Below, piece after piece: positions 24,801-33,644 of a stretch of DNA of 64,000 nucleotides; positions within the stretch are counted from its first letter, which is position 1; each line of letters opens with the position of its first letter. A model generated the notes under the pieces. That model saw only the letters and a list, made by a program, of their open reading frames with translations. It did not search any database and had not been told where the DNA came from. The stretch comes from an uncultured Gammaproteobacteria bacterium (GTDB taxonomy: Bacteria > Patescibacteriota > Patescibacteriia > Patescibacteriales > GWC2-42-12). A program made the translations under genes and the position numbers. The stretch is from NCBI GenBank assembly GCA_964560005.1, contig CAZLKB010000004.1, forward strand, positions 76,112-140,111. Reading direction: 5' to 3'.

Positions 24801-25787
24801 CAGCGGTACCATAGGCCTAAGATCCGGCGGTATCACCGGTACGACGGTTAGAATCATCCATTCCGGCCTTAAATGATTAGCTTTTAGGCTCTTTAACAAC
24901 TTTAAACGCCTAATCAATTTATCTTTTTTAGAATCAATCGCCGAGGTCAGATCTTTTTCCAGCTGGGGAATTAATTTGTCATAATCAATCTTTTCCAGTA
25001 ACTTCCTAACGGCGTCAGCGCCGATATCGGCCGTAAAAATGTGGCCGTATTTTAAGCTTAAATTTTGATAAACGCTTTCGGATATAACGGTTAATGGCTT
25101 CAGGTCTTTTAATTCTTTCTGTGCCTGATCAAAGGCTTGCTCTAAGTTGTGCAGTTTATCGTTTTTTATTTTTTCCAAAGCTTCTATTTCCGCGCTCAAT
25201 ACGCTTTCAATTTCAAATTCACTCTTGCCTTGCGTTAATAATTTGCCTTTCTTATTCCTAATTTCTCCGACCTGCCTTTGCCAATCCGCTTCAATAGACT
25301 TTCTTTTATTCTTATATTCTTGCTTGATTTGCTCAATCGTCTGGAGGCGCAAATCTTCATTGACATCGGAAATTATAAAACTGGCGAAATAAACCACTTT
25401 CTCAAGAGCTTGCATGGATAAATCCATAATTAAACCGATTTTTGAAGAGGTGCCTCGTAAAAACCAAATATGAGTAACCGGCGCTTCCAGCTTAATATGA
25501 CCCATCCGTTCGCGGCGCACCAGGCTTCTGGTCACTTCCACTCCGCATTTATCGCAGATTATGCCCTTATAGCGGATCTTTTTATATTTACCGCAATAGC
25601 ACTCCCAATCTTTGGATGGACCGAAAATGCGCTCGCAAAATAAGCCGTCTTTTTCCGGCTTTTGCGTTCGGTAATTAATAGTTTCCGGCCTGATCACTTC
25701 GCCATGCGACCAGCTTAAAATAACTTCCGGTGAAGCTAATTTTAATTTAATGGCGTCAAAATCGGTGGTCTTTATAGGATTTAACAT
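21846..25787 (-). CDS. rpoC: DNA-directed RNA polymerase subunit beta'
   Basis: 1313 aa. Zinc motif 'CYCGKYKKIRYKGIICDKCGV', the catalytic 'NADFDGDQM', and the bridge-helix and trigger-loop regions. Confidence 0.97.
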   Translation of the reverse strand: MLNPIKTTDFDAIKLKLASPEVILSWSHGEVIRPETINYRTQKPEKDGLFCERIFGPSKDWECYCGKYKKIRYKGIICDKCGVEVTRSLVRRERMGHIKLEAPVTHIWFLRGTSSKIGLIMDLSMQALEKVVYFASFIISDVNEDLRLQTIEQIKQEYKNKRKSIEADWQRQVGEIRNKKGKLLTQGKSEFEIESVLSAEIEALEKIKNDKLHNLEQAFDQAQKELKDLKPLTVISESVYQNLSLKYGHIFTADIGADAVRKLLEKIDYDKLIPQLEKDLTSAIDSKKDKLIRRLKLLKSLKANHLRPEWMILTVVPVIPPDLRPMVPLDGGRFATSDLNDLYRRIINRNNRLKQLIDLNAPEVICRNEKRMLQEAVDALVDNSIRHGKTVVASTGQKRMLKSLADSLKGKQGRFRQNLLGKRVDYSGRSVIVVNPNLKLDQCGLPKRMALELFKPFIISKLINKEIVHNVRSASRFIDSGKEEVWDILEDIVKGAYVFLNRAPTLHRLGIQAFRPILIEGLALQIHPLVCTAFNADFDGDQMAVHVPLTEEAIAEARDIMLSSHNLLKPATGDPVVTPNQDIVWGAFYITNVGQDYLTADETKLKNFYSPQDAILSYDLKNIKLQQKIRVIINGKPVITSVGRVVFNEALPVKLRYVNETVGKGKLKNLIKECLRHFGEQTTIELLDQIKNTSFRYITKSGLSWGMDDIPHLYEKDQMIVNATKQAEEIAEQYRDGLLTDSERYSKIIELWTTVKEKVTEICRNHLPKNGPVYSMIESGARGSWAQLTQVLGMKGLVTSPGGDIIELPVKGNFKKGFSVLEYFISTHGVRKGLSDTALRTSNAGYLTRRLVDVSQDIIIVKDDCGDKEGLLIIKEESEAMGETMMRRLTGRYLAADLKNKAGKTLLKAGELVTEEIAEKIAKEDITQAKIKSILTCKVHRGVCSKCYGYDLAYNKPVAIGTAVGIIAAQSIGEPGTQLTMRTFHTGGVAGQEDITQGLPRVEEIFEGRPPKKKAFIADVAGTVEIETAQRTIANEGGEMIISNPQSKILKIYYEGQETDKYHFNESAKEAVLENKNNKKQAVKILVKDGASVEKNSELFSIGKKVFNAKKAGIVRLEDKSLKVVSQAEKVKEYIVPKGFGIWVKDGEKVKIGDQLTDGSLDLHQLYKLRDKLAAQKYIIKEIQYVYSSQGQPLNDKHIEIIARQMFSRVYVNDAGDTVLLPGEIVEKAIFDQTNDETRAAGQKEARGEELLLGITKSSLTTNSFLSAASFQETARVLIDAAVTGKIDHLEGLKENVIIGRPIPAGTGYRVKE

Positions 25788-25864
25788 ACTGGTATAATAT
25801 TTAAAATATATTTTAATAAATAAATTAATCTATTTTCCCATCATGTGCTGATTACCTAATTACA

Positions 25865-26004
25865 AATTTTCAATTCTCAATTTCCAATTTTCAAACAATG
25901 ACCAATGAATCAATGACTAAATTTTCAAAAAAAATGCTGTTGAATTAATTGAAAATTATAAAATTGAAAATTCATTGAAAATTGATAATTGAAAATTGAA
26001 AATT
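25865..26004. repeat. 140-bp family B palindromic element, dispersed copy 1 (between rpoB and rpoC)
   Basis: Roughly nine-tenths identical by eye to 48465-48604. Shared core: TTTTCAAACAATGACCAATGAATCAATGACTAAATT...TTAATTGAAAATTAT...ATTGAAAATTCATTGAAAATTG. Confidence 0.9.
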
Positions 26005-26012
26005 ATTCTTCC

Positions 26013-29000
26013 CTATTCTTTCCTCTCCACTTCCGGCTTAATTTCAATCGCCCGGCCATACTTTTCTTCCGCCGGCTTATCATCCCCCTGGCGTTCCAAA
26101 TTAATCACTTGATTGCCTTGCATAAGCTCAACATCCAAACACAGCCCCTTTAATTCTCTGACCAAAACATTGAATGATTCGGGAACATTTATTTTTCTAA
26201 TCGGTTCTCCTTTAATGATAGACTCATAGGCTTTACTGCGGCCCGGAACATCGTCTGATTTAATGGTTAAAATCTCCTGCAAACAATGAGCCGCGCCATA
26301 AGCTTCCAGCGCCCAAACTTCCATTTCGCCGAAGCGTTGGCCACCGAATTGAGCTTTGCCGCCTAACGGCTGCTGGGTAATCAAAGAATACGGGCCGATA
26401 GAGCGCTGGTGCATTTTGTCTTCCACCATATGATTCAGCTTCAACATATATTGATAGCCAACCACTATTCTGTTGTCATAGCTTTCTCCGGTCTTGCCGT
26501 CGTACAGCGTGGCCTTGCCGTCGGTCGACAAGCCGGCTTTTTTAAGCTCCTCCTTAATCTGCTCTTCGCTGATGCCGTTTAACGACGGCACCGCGACTTT
26601 GTAATTTAATTTTTTGGCGGCCGAACCTAAGTGGGTCTCTAAAAGCTGTCCCAAGTTCATTCTGGAAATTACTCCCAAGGCTGATAAAATTATATCAATC
26701 GGCGTGCCATCGGCTTGATAAGGCATATTCTCCACCGGCACAATCTTAGAAATAACGCCCTTATTGCCGTGGCGGCCGGCCATTTTATCGCCGATCTGAA
26801 TTTTTCTCAAATTGGCTACCGTTACCTGAATTGACTGGATAACTCCGGCGGACAGCTTATCGCCGTCTTCTCGGGAAAAAATCTTGATATCAACCACTTT
26901 GCCATGTTCGCCATGTTCTAAATAAAGAGATGAATCCCTGACATCTTTAGCTTTCTCGCCGAAAATCGCTCTTAAAAGTTTTTCTTCGGCCGATAATTCG
27001 GTTTCGCCCTTGGGCGTGATTTTTCCGACTAAAATATCGCCCGAAGATACTTCGGCGCCGATACGGACGATGCCGCGTTCATCCAAGTCTTTTAACTTTT
27101 CTTCGCTGATATTGGGTATGTCGTTAGTGATCAGCTCCGGGCCGAGCTTGGTATCTCGGACATCAATCGTATAATGCTCTATATGAATGGAAGAGTAAGT
27201 ATCTTCTTTAATTAACCGTTCGGAAATAATTATGGCGTCTTCGTAGTTAAAGCCTTCCCAGCTCATAAAGGCGACTAAGATATTCCGCCCGAGCGACAAC
27301 TCGCCGTGATCTATCGCCGAACTATCGGTTAAAACATCGCCGGCCTTTACCAGATCGCCACGATTGACAATCGGGCGCTGGTTTATACAGGTTGAGGCGT
27401 TGGAGCGCAAAAATTTATTTAAAACATATTTGCTGATTTTTCCGGTTTTGTCTTTTAATTCAATTGAACCGCCGTCAACTTTAACCACTTCGGCTTCGGC
27501 TTCGGCTAAAATAACATGGCCCGAATCGATGCCGGCCCGCGCTTCCACGCCGGTGCCGACGATCGGCGCTTCGGCCGTAATTAAAGGTACGGCCTGCCGC
27601 TGCATGTTGGTTCCCATTAAAGCCCTAATGCCGTCGTTATGCTCCAAAAATGGAATCAAAGAAGTAGCCACGGAAACAATCTGGTTAGGCGCTACGCCGA
27701 TTAAATCTATATTTTCCACTAACTCCATGGCCGGCTGACCGTATTTCCTGGCTTCGGCTTTCTCCACCGTAAAATGGCCGGCCTGATCAATCGGCGTGGT
27801 TGAGGAAGTGGTGATATATTTTTCTTCTTCAAAAGCGTCAAGATAAATAATTTTATCGGTCACAACCGGTACGATCGGTATGGTGACATGACCCATCTTT
27901 TCTTTAAGTTCGCGAGCCGTCTTTTTATCTATTACTTCACCGGCTTTAATGATTAATTTGCCTTTGCTGAGCGACCCGCCCTGAGCAGAGCCGAAGGGAG
28001 TCGAAGCGCCGGTTTTTTGGCCGGATGAAGAATCTTTCTCTACCGGCTCCCCTTTGACGCTTAATTTAAAATCAAGGGGGTCAGCCGACGCCTTGCTATG
28101 AATTTCATAAATATCTTGGCGGGCGGTTTTTCCTTCGGTAATTTCAACTTTATTATCAACATCATGCAAAACCACCTGGTACGGCGCTTCAATAAAACCG
28201 TAGCTGTTAAGCCGAGCGTAGCTGGATAAATGCCCGACCAGGCCGATATTAGGGCCTTCCGGAGTAGCAATCGGACAAATACGGCTATAGTGTGTAGTGT
28301 GGACATCGCGAACCTCAAAGCCCGCCCGTTCGCGCGTCAGCCCGCCCGGACCCATAGCTGAAAGCCTTCTCTTATGCTCCAGCTCGGCCACCGGATTGGT
28401 CTGATCCATGAACTGCGAAAGCTGGCTGGACATAAAAAATTCTTTCACTACGCTGATAACCGGCCGGGCGTTAATCAGCTTATTCGGCGTTAAGCTGTCT
28501 ATCTCCATTATACTCATTCTGTCTCTGATAATTCTTTCCATGCGAGCCAAACCGACTCTGAATTTATTTTGAATTAATTCCCCGACGGCTCTAACCCGGC
28601 GGTTGCCTAAGTGATCAATATCGTCTTCTTTCTCCTGAGTAATGGTCAATCTGATTACTTCTTTAACGATTAAAACCAAGTCCTCTCTTCTTAAAACTCT
28701 ATTGGCTTTGTTATTGGAAACATCCAAGCCGAATTTTTTATTCATTTTATAACGCCCAACCCGATCAAAGTCATAACGGTCAAAACGAAAAAACATGGAA
28801 TGAATCAGCTGCCTGGCATTATCGGTCGTAGCCAAATCTCCCGGCCTGATTCTTTTATAAACTTCTTTTAAGCCTTCGGCCTCATTTTTGGCCGCATCTT
28901 TAGCTAAAGTAGCCTCAATAAAACTAAGTATATTTTCATTGCCGTTGGCGCCTAAAATTTCCTCGCCCTTGCCCGACTCGGAAAAAAGCTGCTTAATCTC

Positions 29001-29603
29001 TTCGTCCGTGGAATAGCCGAAAGCGCGGAATAAAGAAGTGATAGCGACTTTTCTTTTGCGGTCTATCCTAACCCAAATAACATTATTCATGTCGGTTTCA
29101 ATCTCCAGCCAAGCGCCGCGGTTGGGTATGACTTTAGCGCCGTAATATTTTTTCCCCTTGATGAATTCCGAGGTAAAAATTACGCCGGCGCTTCTGATTA
29201 ATTGCGAAACCACGACTCTTTCAATGCCATTAACAATAAAAGTTCCATTGTTGGTCATTAAAGGAAAATCGCCTAAAAATACTTCTTGAACCACCGTCTG
29301 GCCGGTTTTTTTATTGGCCAGCCTGGCTTTAACTCTTAAGGAAGCTTCATAGGTAATATTTTTCGCCTTGCTTTCGCTTTCGTTAAATTTCGGCTCGTCT
29401 AAATAATAATCTTCCAAATATAACTCAAGATCCCGGCCGATAAAATCGGTAATCGGCGAAATTTCTTGAAATAGGTCGGCCAAGCCTTCGCGTAAAAACC
29501 AATTATAAGAGTCTTTCTGGATTTCAATTAAATCCGGCAAATCAATCGCCGCCATGGTTTCGTTAAAAAATTTCCGCGCCGATGATTTTATTCTCATGGT
29601 CAT
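26013..29603 (-). CDS. rpoB: DNA-directed RNA polymerase subunit beta
   Basis: 1196 aa. 'GRHGNKGV', 'NMQRQAVP' and 'SRMNLGQ'. A lineage-specific insert of ~95 aa follows 'GFIEAPYQVV' and includes the low-complexity stretch 'KDSSSGQKTGASTPFGSAQGGSLSKGK'. Confidence 0.97.
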   Translation of the reverse strand: MTMRIKSSARKFFNETMAAIDLPDLIEIQKDSYNWFLREGLADLFQEISPITDFIGRDLELYLEDYYLDEPKFNESESKAKNITYEASLRVKARLANKKTGQTVVQEVFLGDFPLMTNNGTFIVNGIERVVVSQLIRSAGVIFTSEFIKGKKYYGAKVIPNRGAWLEIETDMNNVIWVRIDRKRKVAITSLFRAFGYSTDEEIKQLFSESGKGEEILGANGNENILSFIEATLAKDAAKNEAEGLKEVYKRIRPGDLATTDNARQLIHSMFFRFDRYDFDRVGRYKMNKKFGLDVSNNKANRVLRREDLVLIVKEVIRLTITQEKEDDIDHLGNRRVRAVGELIQNKFRVGLARMERIIRDRMSIMEIDSLTPNKLINARPVISVVKEFFMSSQLSQFMDQTNPVAELEHKRRLSAMGPGGLTRERAGFEVRDVHTTHYSRICPIATPEGPNIGLVGHLSSYARLNSYGFIEAPYQVVLHDVDNKVEITEGKTARQDIYEIHSKASADPLDFKLSVKGEPVEKDSSSGQKTGASTPFGSAQGGSLSKGKLIIKAGEVIDKKTARELKEKMGHVTIPIVPVVTDKIIYLDAFEEEKYITTSSTTPIDQAGHFTVEKAEARKYGQPAMELVENIDLIGVAPNQIVSVATSLIPFLEHNDGIRALMGTNMQRQAVPLITAEAPIVGTGVEARAGIDSGHVILAEAEAEVVKVDGGSIELKDKTGKISKYVLNKFLRSNASTCINQRPIVNRGDLVKAGDVLTDSSAIDHGELSLGRNILVAFMSWEGFNYEDAIIISERLIKEDTYSSIHIEHYTIDVRDTKLGPELITNDIPNISEEKLKDLDERGIVRIGAEVSSGDILVGKITPKGETELSAEEKLLRAIFGEKAKDVRDSSLYLEHGEHGKVVDIKIFSREDGDKLSAGVIQSIQVTVANLRKIQIGDKMAGRHGNKGVISKIVPVENMPYQADGTPIDIILSALGVISRMNLGQLLETHLGSAAKKLNYKVAVPSLNGISEEQIKEELKKAGLSTDGKATLYDGKTGESYDNRIVVGYQYMLKLNHMVEDKMHQRSIGPYSLITQQPLGGKAQFGGQRFGEMEVWALEAYGAAHCLQEILTIKSDDVPGRSKAYESIIKGEPIRKINVPESFNVLVRELKGLCLDVELMQGNQVINLERQGDDKPAEEKYGRAIEIKPEVERKE

Positions 29604-29611
29604 ATTATTAA

Positions 29612-29706
29612 AGGGATACGAATTACAAATTTAATACAAATTTACAAATATTTTATAAACTCTATTTAAAGTATTTGTAAATTCGTAACAGATTTGTAAT
29701 TCATAT
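29612..29706. repeat. AT-rich palindromic module, family D (TACAAAT / ATTTGTA words)
   Basis: ACGAATTACAAATTTAATACAAATTTACAAATA is mirrored by TATTTGTAAATTCGTAACAGATTTGTAATTC. It lies directly upstream of the rpoB start. Confidence 0.8.
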
Positions 29707-30213
29707 ATTTTAAAAAGACAAAAAAACTTCAAACTATCGGTTTAATTTGATTTTATAAAAATATTTAATTGATGAGATAAGTTTTCACTTATTTTAGATT
29801 TAAAAGATATGACAATTTAGAAGCATGGGGGTTTGGCATCTTCGCATTTTTGATAACAAAAAAACGGCTAAACATAAGTTTCCTTTCCCGCTGGAAGTCT
29901 TTCGTGGCGGAGCCGTCTTGTATTTTTATCCGCCGGAGCTTTAGGCATAGGCGGATTATTTGGTATAGATTTTATTTAAATAACATCTGGAGGAAAAAAA
30001 TCCAAATGTTAGTCGGATAAAAACTTATTAAATACTAACAACAATTATCCGACTTGTCAAGTATTTTTATGGCAATTTAATAAAAATATTCAAGAGCAAT
30101 TTATTTTATTTAACTTTAGCTATAATCTCTACTTTAACAATAATCTTGTCTTTGATTATAAATAATTATCCACAGGCCAAAGTTTCGTATCCCATAACTC
30201 CTTTAGTCCGGCA

Positions 30214-31665
30214 TTATGAGTTACCCGTCTCGCCAAGGCGAAGCCGAGGCGGACGAGTTATGAGACTTAATTCCTCCCTCACTACCACCCTATCGTCCCA
30301 GGGAATTTTCATTCCTCTTGCCACGCAAATCGCCTGCTCCGAGCCCTTGCCGGTGATTAGCACTATATCATTATCTCGAGCCGAGGCTAGAGCTTTTCTG
30401 ATAGCCTCGCGCCGATCTTCTATTTTAAATAAATTTTCATTTAGAACTTTACCCGAGTCCAAAGCTCCGGCCACCACTTGATCAATAATCAACTTTGGGT
30501 CATCGTCATAAGGATCTTCATTTGTGACTATAACCAAATCGGCGTTCTGCCCGGCTAAACGGCCGAGCTTGGGACGGCGAGCCGCGTCTCGGCCGCCTCC
30601 GGCTGAACCCAAAACATGAATAATTTTATTATGATCTAATTTTAAAATCGTCTGATATATTTTTTTTAAAGCTTCGGGCTCAAAAGCGTAATCAATTATT
30701 ACGGTAAAAGCCGGATTCGCGTTTTTTATTAATTCCATGCGTCCGGGAATTATTCCGACTTTCTCCAAACCCTCTTTTAATGCTGACAATTTTATTCCCT
30801 GGCTAAGCCCGAGACAAACCGCGTTCATAGCGTTGGCAGCGTTGTACTCGCCCAATAAATTCAACTTTATTTCAGACTCGCCCACCTTAAAACCAACCCC
30901 CTGATTATCGCTTTTTATATTTTCATATTCCACGATGTTAACTTGAGATTTTTTATCTTGACTTTGAACTTTTAACTTTGAACTTTTAACTTCATACCCC
31001 CATTTCTCTTCCGCCCAAAAGTCTAAAAAATAATTAGCATATTGGTCGTCGGCATTAACAATTACAGTCTTTTTAACCCGATTAGCTTCCAGCTTTTTAA
31101 AGCCATTGTCAGCTTTAACCACCCTCTTTTTATCATCAGCATATTTGGTTCGGCATTGCTTAAGGTGGGCGAATAACTTGCCTTTGGCTTTTTTGTAATT
31201 CTCAAAGCCGCCATGCGCTTCAATATGCTCGGGGTATAGGCCGGTAAAAATTAAGACATCGTAATTGATGAATTTATGGCGAAACTGATCTATGCCTTGC
31301 GAAGTAGTCTCTATGATAGCATATTGGCATTTATTTTTTACCATTCTTTTTATTATTTTTTGAGTGTAGAATCTCCCCGCCATGGTCATTTTTTTGTCGT
31401 TTAACCATTCGTTTTGACCATCGTTAAACCCGGCGGTTGAAGTAAAACCGGCCTTAAATCCCGCCGAAGCTAGCATTTTCGCGATTAAATATATGCTCGT
31501 GGTCTTGCCTGTGGTGCCGGTAATCCCGATAACGATTAATTTATTGGACGGCCCGCCGTACCAAATAGCCGCCAAGGCGCTTAATAAAAAATGATAAGCC
31601 GGCTGCAACCGCTTAAACAGTTTTACGGGAATGTATTTTTTTATTATATGAAGAAATTTATCCAT
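30214..31665 (-). CDS. Mur ligase family protein, MurE-like
   Basis: 'VIGITGTTGKTTSIYL' P-loop, Mur ligase middle and C-terminal domains ('DYAFEPEAL', 'VLGSAGGGRD', 'TNEDP'). The AT-word insert 'KSSKLKVQSQDKKSQ' is present, and the C-terminal 'RPPRLRLGETGNS' is encoded by a GC hairpin. Confidence 0.7.
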   Translation of the reverse strand: MDKFLHIIKKYIPVKLFKRLQPAYHFLLSALAAIWYGGPSNKLIVIGITGTTGKTTSIYLIAKMLASAGFKAGFTSTAGFNDGQNEWLNDKKMTMAGRFYTQKIIKRMVKNKCQYAIIETTSQGIDQFRHKFINYDVLIFTGLYPEHIEAHGGFENYKKAKGKLFAHLKQCRTKYADDKKRVVKADNGFKKLEANRVKKTVIVNADDQYANYFLDFWAEEKWGYEVKSSKLKVQSQDKKSQVNIVEYENIKSDNQGVGFKVGESEIKLNLLGEYNAANAMNAVCLGLSQGIKLSALKEGLEKVGIIPGRMELIKNANPAFTVIIDYAFEPEALKKIYQTILKLDHNKIIHVLGSAGGGRDAARRPKLGRLAGQNADLVIVTNEDPYDDDPKLIIDQVVAGALDSGKVLNENLFKIEDRREAIRKALASARDNDIVLITGKGSEQAICVARGMKIPWDDRVVVREELSLITRPPRLRLGETGNS

Positions 31666-31787
31666 GACTAATAATGTAAAATTTAAAAATCAAAATGGAA
31701 AATGACAATTAAAAATGAAAAATGTCTGAATTTATTATTTTAAATTTTACATTGTCATTTTACACTTTGAGATTTACATTTTTAATT
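31666..31787. repeat. Family A palindromic module
   Basis: ATGTAAAATTTAAAAATCAAAATGGAAAATGACAAT... is mirrored by ...ACATTGTCATTTTACACTTTGAGATTTACATTTTT. Confidence 0.85.
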
Positions 31788-32780
31788 TTAAAACGTTCTC
31801 CTCACCTTCCTGACCATCTTGTAAATATTATACCAGCCCGGGTCGTAGATTAAATCAAAAGTGCCGGGATAGTTCACCTCGTTGCCGCCAAAACCCATTT
31901 TAAATCTGGTTACTCCGGGCCACTTGGCTTCGTTAATGCCGTGAAAATCATAATATTTTTGTCCGCTGGCTTTGGCTAGCTTAATAGCGTGCCATTGCAA
32001 GAGATATGGCGCCATAACATTTCGATCTTCGTTGGCTGATCCGCCGTGAATATAGGTAGCCGTATCGCTAAAAAAGCAAACCAACGCCGTGGCGATCGGC
32101 TTACCCTTATATTCGGCAAAAAATAATTTTACCGGATTATCGGCATAAGGCTCTACCATAGCCTGATAATAACTCCGGCCATGCGGCCTGAATTTATCCC
32201 GGCCGCTGGTCTGGTCTAAAAGACTCCAAAAATCTTCAAACCTGCTTTCGCTTGATTCAACTATCTTAACCCCCTTTTTCTTCGCTAAATTTATATTATA
32301 TCTGGTTTTTTGCTGCATGGCGCCGAGAAGCTCGGCTTCCGACTTGGTTAAATCCAAAATTAAAGTCTTAGCCGGCTGGACATCCAGGGTTTGAACTAAA
32401 GTTTCATCGCCTTTAATTTTATAATCGTCGTCTTTCGGCTTATCAATCGGGTCAAAACGCAAAAACATTGCGCCAACCTCTCCGGCAAGCCTGGCAATTT
32501 CGCCAAACATTAATCTGGTAACTTCTTTTTTATCCTTGCCCTTGGCGATAACCGGCCCGCGCGCGCAATATAAATATTTCTTGCCGATCGGCAGGTCTTT
32601 GGCGTTTATCTCCGCGCTGGCCGCTAATTTACCGTCGGCCAGAACGCCGATTCGCCAAACCTGGCTGCTCACTTTCGCATGAAATTCTCCCCATTGCCAA
32701 GACTGCAAAAATTGGCTCATCTTCTGTGAGCCGACAAAATCGTTTAATTGTTTTTTGTCCTTAATTTCAATTATTTGCAT
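31788..32780 (-). CDS. FemAB-family peptidoglycan interpeptide-bridge aminoacyltransferase
   Basis: 330 aa. 'FLQSWQWGEF', 'KTRYNINLAKKKGV' and 'YYDFHGI', typical of the FemX/FemAB family. It is adjacent to the Mur ligase. Confidence 0.75.
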   Translation of the reverse strand: MQIIEIKDKKQLNDFVGSQKMSQFLQSWQWGEFHAKVSSQVWRIGVLADGKLAASAEINAKDLPIGKKYLYCARGPVIAKGKDKKEVTRLMFGEIARLAGEVGAMFLRFDPIDKPKDDDYKIKGDETLVQTLDVQPAKTLILDLTKSEAELLGAMQQKTRYNINLAKKKGVKIVESSESRFEDFWSLLDQTSGRDKFRPHGRSYYQAMVEPYADNPVKLFFAEYKGKPIATALVCFFSDTATYIHGGSANEDRNVMAPYLLQWHAIKLAKASGQKYYDFHGINEAKWPGVTRFKMGFGGNEVNYPGTFDLIYDPGWYNIYKMVRKVRRTF

Positions 32781-32792
32781 AGAATTAATATT

Positions 32793-32872
32793 GTCATTCC
32801 GGCCTCCGCCAGCTCGCCTCGCTGGAGCTTTAGCGAAGCGGGCTGGCGGAGAGCCTGCCTACCGGCAGGCAG
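32793..32872. repeat. GTCATTCC-type GC-rich composite hairpin element
   Basis: GTCATTCCGGCCTCCGCCAGC...GCTGGCGGAG and GCCTGCCTACCGGCAGGCAGG hairpins. Confidence 0.75.
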
Positions 32873-32880
32873 GTAAATTA

Positions 32881-32947
32881 GAACAATTAGACATTTTACA
32901 TTTTAAACTTTCATTTTCCATTTTGATATTTTAATTTTAAACTTCCC
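32881..32947. repeat. Family A half-module
   Basis: TTAGACATTTTACATTTTAAACTTTCATTTTCCATTTTGATATTTTAATTTT. Confidence 0.7.
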
Positions 32948-33523
32948 CTACTTTCCCATCTTCTTAAGCGCCTGCCTAATTCTTTCGGAGCTGTCTTTTA
33001 CTTTCGCGTCCACTCCTTTTAAAGCCTCTCTGGCCTGGGGCAAAGAATAGCCCAGCGCCATTAAAGCATCGATTTCGTCGCTCGAGCCTAAATTGCTCCG
33101 AAGCTGGCTATCGCCTATATTAAGCTTGCCAACCTTGTCTTTAAGCTCTAAAACCACCCTCTCGGCGGTTTTTCTGCCGATGCCGGATACTTTAGTTAAA
33201 AGCGCCGAATCGCCTCTGGCGATCGACTCTTTAATATCTTCCGCGACGGCAATAGACATAATACCTAAGGCTGATTTCGGTCCAATGCCGGTAATGCTTA
33301 TTAACATCTCAAATAATTCCAACTCCGATAAAATCCTAAAACCATATAGATTGATGGCGTCTTCGCGCACATACTGATGAATATAAAATTCAAACTCTTG
33401 GCCGGCCTTTATATCAGCATAAAGCGGCGGGGTGATAAAAATCTTGTAGCCGATATTATTTACTTCTACAATCGCGGAACCATTGCTTTTGTTTCTGATT
33501 CTGCCTTTTAAATATGAGATCAT
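32948..33523 (-). CDS. ruvA: Holliday junction DNA helicase subunit RuvA
   Basis: 'MISYLKGRI', the OB fold, and two HhH motifs 'LISITGIGPKSAL' and 'LTKVSGIGRKTAERV'. Confidence 0.9.
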   Translation of the reverse strand: MISYLKGRIRNKSNGSAIVEVNNIGYKIFITPPLYADIKAGQEFEFYIHQYVREDAINLYGFRILSELELFEMLISITGIGPKSALGIMSIAVAEDIKESIARGDSALLTKVSGIGRKTAERVVLELKDKVGKLNIGDSQLRSNLGSSDEIDALMALGYSLPQAREALKGVDAKVKDSSERIRQALKKMGK

Positions 33524-33531
33524 AATATTTA

Positions 33532-33610
33532 CCCCACAAATCTACAAATCGACAACAAATAATACAAATACTATTCGTGATATTCGTAGCGAATTTGTAG
33601 CTTTGTGGGG
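33532..33610. repeat. Family D palindromic module
   Basis: CCCCACAAATCTACAAATCG ... CGAATTTGTAGCTTTGTGGGG. Confidence 0.8.
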
Positions 33611-33644
33611 TGATTACGATTAACCGGCTAAAACTATTATTTTA

